A stretch of DNA of 64,000 nucleotides from an uncultured Pseudohongiella sp. (lineage in GTDB: Bacteria > Pseudomonadota > Gammaproteobacteria > Pseudomonadales > Pseudohongiellaceae), in contig CACAEJ010000005.1 in the NCBI GenBank assembly GCA_902531515.1, positions 7,017-71,016 on the forward strand. The letters run 5' to 3'. Each line of letters opens with the position of its first letter. The stretch's first letter is position 1. The notes below the pieces were generated by a model. That model was not told where the DNA came from, did no database searches, and was given only the letters and a program-made list of their open reading frames with translations. Shown here piece after piece: positions 57,920-64,000 of this stretch. The position numbers and the translations under genes are program-made.

Positions 57920-59515
57920 CTAATCCGATCCGCCGGTGTTTTCCATGAGGAAATCTCGAGCCTCAGTGAGGCCTCCAAAGCTCTCACTGCCGGTCCAAAT
58001 ATCCACCAGCATTTGGTAGTTCTCTGCAGCCAGATCATTCTGGCCGACTGCAGCCTGAGCGTTTGCCATACCCCATAATGACCGTGGGCGGTTCGGCATG
58101 CGCTGCAGGGACATTTCAAATTGCTCAATCGCGTCGCCATGTCTACCAAGATCTAAAAGTACCTCTCCATACATCTCGTAAAGAGGCTTGATAGGATTGG
58201 CAGATCCACGCGGCGGTGCCATAGGCTCTATGATTTCAACCGCCTCCTCAAAAAATCGAACTGCTACGTCGGGATGACCCATACCTGCATGGAGTAATCC
58301 ACCCACTTGTTTAGCCATAATGGCAGTGTATCCATCTTCTCCAGCTTCAACGCGTCTCTTTAGCTCCTGCTCAGCCGCCTGCAGAGTAGCTTGTTCCTCT
58401 AAATGATAAGCGGACAATGCAGTCGCTAGCACCTCGTGGTCGGGAGAATCCTCTGTTATGTCCTGAATTCTCCACTCCTCGGTATCCACGATGTAACGGT
58501 TCTTTGTTAAAGCGACAGTGTTTCGCGCGCGTGCGGCACCAGAAGATCCTCGGGCTCCCCCCTCAGCAAAACCACCCTGGGTCGACATGGTCTCTATACG
58601 ATCAATCCAAAGACGAGCCTTCTCATAGTCGCCCTTCTGTAAGTCGCCATATTGTCCCCAGTCCAGGGAATGAATTGCATCGCCCATGCTTTGACCAGGT
58701 CTCCAGAGCTCTCTCGCAGCATCAAAGGCTGATTGGTTGTTCCCAGATACACGATCCCACATGCCATGCTGAATAAATATGTGTGTCGGCATATGCCGCG
58801 CATGAGACACTGCGGGCGCAATCTCAGAATAGCGGTAGGCAGCCTCAAGCGCGAGGGGAGCATGAATAGGATCATCGAACGAGTGAATCGTGTAGTGTGC
58901 CGCACCCGGATGCATGGGTTTCCTGTTAAATATCTCCAGCGCAATAGTGCCTGCCCGAACAGCCATACGGTTATCTAAATCACCACCGGAGGCTGCACGA
59001 GCACTCAAAACTGACAAGGCATAGAAAGCAGCAACTTCATCATCATTGGAATATTTGTCATACAGATCTTCCATAGCCTCCATGTACCCAACCTTCCGAT
59101 CGGCTATATCTCCCTCACCCCACAGAATTTCTACAGCGGTAAGAAATCCTTTCTCGCGCTCAGTTAGTGCCTTTGACATCCGAATTTCCGGTGTAGGTCC
59201 AAGACGCTGAAGCACCGCGCGAGGCTCAGTTGCATCCATCTGGGAAAATAAAGGATGATTGTAAGCTAAAGACTCTCCCCAATAGGCCATAGCAAATTCA
59301 GGCGCAATTTCTTGAGCTCTTTGAAACTGTTCCTGCGCCTGCTCCCAGCCAAAACTATGAAGTATTGCCACACCTCGTAAAAAAGATTGCTGAGCTTCGC
59401 CTGATTCAGAAGTCGGAAAATTAATAGATCCTACGTTATCGAATTGCGCGCTAGCATGCGAAATTATTCCTAAGAGGAATGAAATTAACACAAATTGTTT
59501 AACTAGCTTGTTCAT
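57920..59515 (-). CDS. secreted TPR-like repeat protein
   Basis: ATG 59515 lies 6 nt after GGAGG. It has a signal peptide and helical repeats rich in A/L/Y/W. It is GC-rich (one 60-nt line at 58501 counts 60%). Confidence 0.7.
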   Translation of the reverse strand: MNKLVKQFVLISFLLGIISHASAQFDNVGSINFPTSESGEAQQSFLRGVAILHSFGWEQAQEQFQRAQEIAPEFAMAYWGESLAYNHPLFSQMDATEPRAVLQRLGPTPEIRMSKALTEREKGFLTAVEILWGEGDIADRKVGYMEAMEDLYDKYSNDDEVAAFYALSVLSARAASGGDLDNRMAVRAGTIALEIFNRKPMHPGAAHYTIHSFDDPIHAPLALEAAYRYSEIAPAVSHARHMPTHIFIQHGMWDRVSGNNQSAFDAARELWRPGQSMGDAIHSLDWGQYGDLQKGDYEKARLWIDRIETMSTQGGFAEGGARGSSGAARARNTVALTKNRYIVDTEEWRIQDITEDSPDHEVLATALSAYHLEEQATLQAAEQELKRRVEAGEDGYTAIMAKQVGGLLHAGMGHPDVAVRFFEEAVEIIEPMAPPRGSANPIKPLYEMYGEVLLDLGRHGDAIEQFEMSLQRMPNRPRSLWGMANAQAAVGQNDLAAENYQMLVDIWTGSESFGGLTEARDFLMENTGGSD

Positions 59516-59618
59516 TGTTACCTCCAAAAAGAACGAACCTCAGGATTTTTGAAAATCGACTTTAGCATATTAAGAAGGATACTATAACAATAAACTAGGA
59601 CTATCAGGCGTTACATTA

Positions 59619-61094
59619 TTGAAAAACATCGGCCGATGGAAAATTGTGTCAAAGTCTAATTTAGGTTTAAAAAAGAATGTTATGGCTTGTGCACTAGCTT
59701 TGGGAATGGCACTGCCCTATTGTTCTGCGCCATCGTTAAAACCTGAAACTCCCAATGTCATTTTAATTTTTGCAGATGATTTGGGATATGCGGACTTGAG
59801 TATCTATGGCTCAGACAGTTATCAAACACCGTATTTGGACCGACTGGCACAAGAAGGCGTTCGCTTTACCGATTTTTATGTGAGTCAACCTATCTGCTCG
59901 GCATCGCGCGCCTCTTTAATGACAGGCTCGTATGCGAATCGAATAGGATTGACTGGCGCCTTAGGTCCGCGCTCAAACATAGGCATCCATCACCAAGAGA
60001 CAACCCTCGGTGAACTCTTCTTAAGGAACGGCTACCGCACGGCGTTGTTCGGAAAGTGGCACCTGGGGAAGATACCCGAGTTCGCCCCGTCAAAACACGG
60101 ATTTGATGAATTCTATGGGATACCTCATTCGAACGACATGTGGCCTTTCCATCCTGAAAATCCGGAGGCATGGCCAGATCTGCCTTTATACAACGGAGAA
60201 GAGGTTATCGCCTACAACCCGGATCAAACAAGATTTACTACTGATTTGACTCAAAGGTCGATCGACTTTATTGAAAGCGCCGTGAGAGATGATGCTAAAT
60301 TTTTCCTTTACCTACCTCACCCAATGCCTCACGTACCCCTTTTCGTTTCCAGCGAAAGAGAGCATGGGAGTGGAGCTGGTCTCTATGGAGATGTCGTTAG
60401 TGAGATAGACTGGTCCGTCGGTCAAATTATGCAAACGCTGGAAGAGCATGACATCAGCAAGAATACCTTAGTTATTTTTACGTCAGACAACGGTCCTTGG
60501 TTGAGCTATGGAAATCATGCTGGGTCAGCAAAGCCACTGCGAGAGGGTAAAGGGACCGTATTTGAAGGAGGTGTCAGGGTGCCTTTTATTGCTCGCTGGC
60601 CAAATTCAATTCCAACAAACATCGAAGTCAATACCCCTGCTATGACAATCGATTTATTCCCTACCTTCGCTGATATTTTAAATGATAAAGAGCCAGGTCT
60701 CCCTATTGATGGTTTATCAATAAAGCAGTTGCTTACTGGAAGCACTGATTCTTCCCCCCAGGAGGCGTACTACTTTTACTATAATAGCAACGAACTTCAC
60801 GCTATCAGGAGTGGCAAGTGGAAGCTCCACTTCCCTCACAGTTATAGAACCATGGAGAATCAATCTCCGGGAGCCGATGGATTGCCAGGCAAATACGATT
60901 ACGGGGTTAGCACTGTCTCAGAACTTTATGATCTCTCTGTGGATGTTGGCGAGCAAAATAATGTCGCATCACATTATCCTGGTGTAATTAATCGACTCAC
61001 TCTGCTAGCTAACGAAAAGCGTCAAGAGCTCGGCGACAGTTTAACCGACAGCGAGGGAATAGCACTCCGACCACCTGCTAGGTTTGAGAATTAA
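59619..61094 (+). CDS. arylsulfatase (type I sulfatase)
   Basis: ILIFADDLGYADL, formylglycine motif CSASRASLMTG (59895-59909), GKWHLG and SDNGP. The start is uncertain (TTG 59619 or GTG 59646). Confidence 0.9.
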   Translation: MKNIGRWKIVSKSNLGLKKNVMACALALGMALPYCSAPSLKPETPNVILIFADDLGYADLSIYGSDSYQTPYLDRLAQEGVRFTDFYVSQPICSASRASLMTGSYANRIGLTGALGPRSNIGIHHQETTLGELFLRNGYRTALFGKWHLGKIPEFAPSKHGFDEFYGIPHSNDMWPFHPENPEAWPDLPLYNGEEVIAYNPDQTRFTTDLTQRSIDFIESAVRDDAKFFLYLPHPMPHVPLFVSSEREHGSGAGLYGDVVSEIDWSVGQIMQTLEEHDISKNTLVIFTSDNGPWLSYGNHAGSAKPLREGKGTVFEGGVRVPFIARWPNSIPTNIEVNTPAMTIDLFPTFADILNDKEPGLPIDGLSIKQLLTGSTDSSPQEAYYFYYNSNELHAIRSGKWKLHFPHSYRTMENQSPGADGLPGKYDYGVSTVSELYDLSVDVGEQNNVASHYPGVINRLTLLANEKRQELGDSLTDSEGIALRPPARFEN

Positions 61095-61171
61095 ACCTCT
61101 AATCAAAGTTTCTTGGTGGCAAAGACGAGGTAAGCGAGTTTATTATTGCGATTGTGGTGGTTGGACTGCTC

Positions 61172-63037
61172 TTAGTCTGAAGACAGATAATTCAGCCTAC
61201 GATCGATATTTAAGAGCTGTGGGCCACTAAAAGATGGGGGAATCATTGCAGATTCAATCTGAATGTCATACTCAGTAAAATCTCTCAAGAGTACCGCTGT
61301 GTTAAGAATTATAGTCGCCTCAGCCTCATTGTTAGCGCTCGCCAAGAGAGCGGGTAAGAGTTGCGAGGGATTCTCTTGTCCAATCAAGGCGAGAAACTCT
61401 ATTGCCCTCAAGCGCACCAAATTCTCATTATCACTTTTTGCAATATCGTTAGCTCTCTGAATAAATCTGTTGGACTGCTCACCGAAAGTGCTTAACACAA
61501 TCAATCCCCAATAACGTTGCCAGGGGTCTTCGGAATTAAGTGCCAAATTAATGTCGTCGCGAGCACGGTCAAATTCTCGTAAGCTCAAGTCCGCCGTGTC
61601 CACTAGCTGGCTGATTCTTTGGCTATTATTGCGACCAAAGACCACCGGGTCATCAAAGGCTTCCTCGAAGAGCATACTTTCTGGAAACATACTCAGATCG
61701 TTAATGCTTTTTACCTTACTGCTGAGCGATGATCTCATATCGCCCAAAATTTCGGCATACGCTAAATCACTAGCTAGATTTTGGAGTTCATACGGATCAT
61801 TTTCCAAATCAAAAAGTTGCTCCGCCGGACGGGGCTCAAAAAACTGGCTTTGAACTTCTTCCAGCTCACCCGATCTGTATAGTTCCCACCATTCCTGGTA
61901 CGCCAACATAATGTAGCGATACTCGTTCCAAAGTCCATCGACATTGAAGGGCTGGTAATTACGAATATACTTAAAATTGCCTTTCCGCAAACTCCTTACA
62001 TGATCAATTTTCTCATCGAAGCGATCCGCATAACCAAAGGCCTGATCGCGCTTGTTAACTTCCTTTAGATCAATACTTTGACCCAAAAAAGGCACTCCAT
62101 CCATGTGAGGCGGCACCTCTATTCCTGCTAAGCTCAGCACGGTAGGTGCAAAGTCAATGAAACTGACAAAACCGGTTACACGAGCACCATACTCTTCGTT
62201 AACCAAATGTTTCCAATTCTCTGGCACATAAACTATCAGTGGAACATGTAAACCATTCTCATAAGCATAACCTTTCCCCCTAGGAAGCACTCCACCGTGA
62301 TCCCCGAAATAGAATATGAAGGTATCATCAAGCACACCATCTTCTTCAAGCATGCCCAAGTATTCACCAAAGTAATTATCCACTTTAACGTGGTTATCTA
62401 AGTAGCGCGCGTGTGTGTATCGGAAGATAGGAGTATCAGGAAAATAAGGAAACAAATTCACTGACTCTGAGGGAGTAAGATTCTCGATAGTCATCATTTC
62501 CTCTCGCGTGAAATGCAAACTGCTCTCATGCGTCAAGGCTGTATTCTGCACATGAAAGAAGGGTTGGCCTTGTTGTCGGCCACGCCATGAGGCATCGGTC
62601 GATGACTCATCCCAACCTTGCTCGACTAGAACATTGTAATCAGTCTTACTATTGTTTGTTGTGTAATATCCGGCTTGTTGCAAGTACCATGGATACATTT
62701 TCCCGAGATCTGGCATAGGAACCATCTTCGAACGTCTGTGGTACTGCGCACCGATTCGCGGCGCATAGGCACCTGTCAACAATGTAGTGCGAGCGACCGA
62801 ACAAACGGGGGCATTCGAAAAAGCATGCTCGAAGATTAAGCCGTGCGATGCTAATCTTTCGATAGTCGGCATTGCTATACCGCCTTCATTGTATAGACGA
62901 GAAAAATGAACTGAATTATCCTCAGAAGTAAACCAAACAAAATTCGGCTGATCAGCTGCAAGGCATTCGCCGAAAAGGCTCACCCCTAAAAACAAGGATA
63001 AATATTTAAAGCACGGATTATTAGTCATCGGGTTCAA
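61172..63037 (-). CDS. sulfatase with a C-terminal helical-repeat extension
   Basis: Signal peptide, FVWFTSEDNS, CSVARTTLLTG (62789-62803), FGDHGG and a C-terminal domain of about 180 aa. Confidence 0.85.
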   Translation of the reverse strand: MNPMTNNPCFKYLSLFLGVSLFGECLAADQPNFVWFTSEDNSVHFSRLYNEGGIAMPTIERLASHGLIFEHAFSNAPVCSVARTTLLTGAYAPRIGAQYHRRSKMVPMPDLGKMYPWYLQQAGYYTTNNSKTDYNVLVEQGWDESSTDASWRGRQQGQPFFHVQNTALTHESSLHFTREEMMTIENLTPSESVNLFPYFPDTPIFRYTHARYLDNHVKVDNYFGEYLGMLEEDGVLDDTFIFYFGDHGGVLPRGKGYAYENGLHVPLIVYVPENWKHLVNEEYGARVTGFVSFIDFAPTVLSLAGIEVPPHMDGVPFLGQSIDLKEVNKRDQAFGYADRFDEKIDHVRSLRKGNFKYIRNYQPFNVDGLWNEYRYIMLAYQEWWELYRSGELEEVQSQFFEPRPAEQLFDLENDPYELQNLASDLAYAEILGDMRSSLSSKVKSINDLSMFPESMLFEEAFDDPVVFGRNNSQRISQLVDTADLSLREFDRARDDINLALNSEDPWQRYWGLIVLSTFGEQSNRFIQRANDIAKSDNENLVRLRAIEFLALIGQENPSQLLPALLASANNEAEATIILNTAVLLRDFTEYDIQIESAMIPPSFSGPQLLNIDRRLNYLSSD

Positions 63038-63231
63038 TAGTAACGCATTTGAGAAAGTGTTTTACCACTTTTCTTGGGCAAAAAATTTTTAGATCTGCCT
63101 CAAACGACTCCTCTAAAAGATCTGATGCCATCGTATCAGTGTTATGTAAAAACTTTAAGCCAATAGGCCTATCTTTATTGTCCGAATCCCAATATGCTCC
63201 ACCTCCACAGTAATATTTTCGAAGCCAAGCC

Positions 63232-64000
63232 TTGAGCACACAAGACATTGTCATCACGTTAGCGACCGCCACTTTTTTCATGGCGCTAGTTGCCTATATC
63301 TCTTATCGAAGGACGGTAGGAGAAGTCAGCACTCAAGACGGCTACTTTTTGGCGGGCCGGGGATTATCCTCTGTATTTATCGCTGGGTCCTTATTACTTA
63401 CTAATTTGTCGGCAGCGCAATTAATTGGCCTAAATGGCTCAGCCTACGGATACAACCTGAGTAGCATGGGATGGGAGGTTACAGCCGCTGTTTCGACCGT
63501 GGCCATGGCCTTTATATTTCTACCTCGGTACCTGGCTGGCGCCTTCACGACGCTACCACAGTTCCTATCAGACCGATTTGATGAAGGTCTGCGACGCATG
63601 ACAGTTGTTCTTTTTATGGTCGGATATGGCTTGGTCACCATCCCCGGTGTTCTGTATTCTGGATCAATTGCGGTCCTTCAGCTCTTTGATGTACCCAGTC
63701 TAATTTCTGTGACCTACAGCCAGGGGTTAGTCATTACGATCATTATTGTAGGTTGTATAGGCGCCATGTATGCTATTTTCGGAGGTCTTCGCGCAGTAGC
63801 TGTATCTGATACTTTAAACGGAATCGGATTGCTAGTCATAGGGATATTGGTGCCGATTCTGGGATTATCGGCGCTCGGAGACGGAAGCGCCTTAGCGGGC
63901 ATTCACATTATTACTTCATCTGAGACTGAAAAATTAAACGCGATTGGCTCATCCAATGACCCGACCCCTTTTGGGACTTTATTTACCGGGATGATTTTTG
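63232..64000 (+). CDS. sodium:solute symporter (SSF/SGLT family), 5' part, continues past the window
   Basis: Frame is open from 63214 to the window end; it is absent from the ORF track. It reads ...YFLAGRGLSSVFIAGSLLLTNLSAAQLIGLNGSAYGYNL...LPRYLAGAFTTLPQFLSDRF, typical of the SSF N-terminus. TTG 63232 gives a full first TM helix; ATG 63280 is the alternative start. Confidence 0.8.
   Translation, partial: MSTQDIVITLATATFFMALVAYISYRRTVGEVSTQDGYFLAGRGLSSVFIAGSLLLTNLSAAQLIGLNGSAYGYNLSSMGWEVTAAVSTVAMAFIFLPRYLAGAFTTLPQFLSDRFDEGLRRMTVVLFMVGYGLVTIPGVLYSGSIAVLQLFDVPSLISVTYSQGLVITIIIVGCIGAMYAIFGGLRAVAVSDTLNGIGLLVIGILVPILGLSALGDGSALAGIHIITSSETEKLNAIGSSNDPTPFGTLFTGMIF

Noticed and set aside
63021-63281. 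86-aa minus-strand ORF between the sulfatase and the symporter, sharing a CATG with the symporter's ATG 63280.
   Set aside because: It overlaps the sulfatase start by 17 nt and the likely true N-terminal TM helix of the symporter (TTG 63232). It is not hydrophobic like the DUF4212 small subunits sometimes paired with SSF transporters, and it has no recognisable motif.

Overview
Window from a low-GC gammaproteobacterium, about 40-45% GC judged from hand counts of a few lines. The core gene order is Pseudomonas/Cellvibrionales-like. Positions 1-35.7 kb are ordinary core genome: folK-hemE-aroB-aroK, then divergent mrcA, a small chorismate mutase, priA, an FtsN-like SPOR protein, hslVU, DUF971, ubiE-ubiJ-ubiB, hisI-hisE, tatABC, dtd-typA, thiI, a type II glutamine synthetase followed by ntrBC (both with recognisable NtrC boxes and sigma54 promoters), trmL, secB-rhodanese, ctpA, hisBHAF, asmA and mutY-yggX. 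An intact tRNA-Phe(GAA) lies at 35767-35842. Its 3' end plus about 60 nt of downstream flank recur at 39104-39181 and, decayed, at 43310-43425. These copies delimit two small islets with no integrase. Islet A (35.8-39.1 kb) is the most unusual part of the window. It is a low-GC, cassette-like array of three divergent single-pass membrane protein paralogues, a lipoprotein and a Coq4-family (HDxxH-x11-E) protein. It is interspersed with a conserved 36-52 bp near-palindromic element and with duplicated gene-start fragments. I cannot assign it a function, and it is my best candidate for an undescribed module, but the evidence is architectural only. Islet B (39.2-43.3 kb) carries aidB, a YHYH-domain protein and a short dPGM-type gpmA. 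Positions 43.5-64 kb are a compositionally mosaic flexible region of secreted or periplasmic proteins. It contains a PQQ beta-propeller dehydrogenase, two paralogous LRR proteins flanking a beta-propeller glycosidase-like protein, an orphan CapA-like protein, an MFS transporter, a secreted nucleoside hydrolase, an acyl-CoA ligase, an esterase, a TPR protein, two sulfatases and a sodium:solute symporter. I saw no CRISPR array, rRNA, transposase, integrase, reverse transcriptase or recognisable defence gene. All homology statements come from motif recognition by eye, not from searches.
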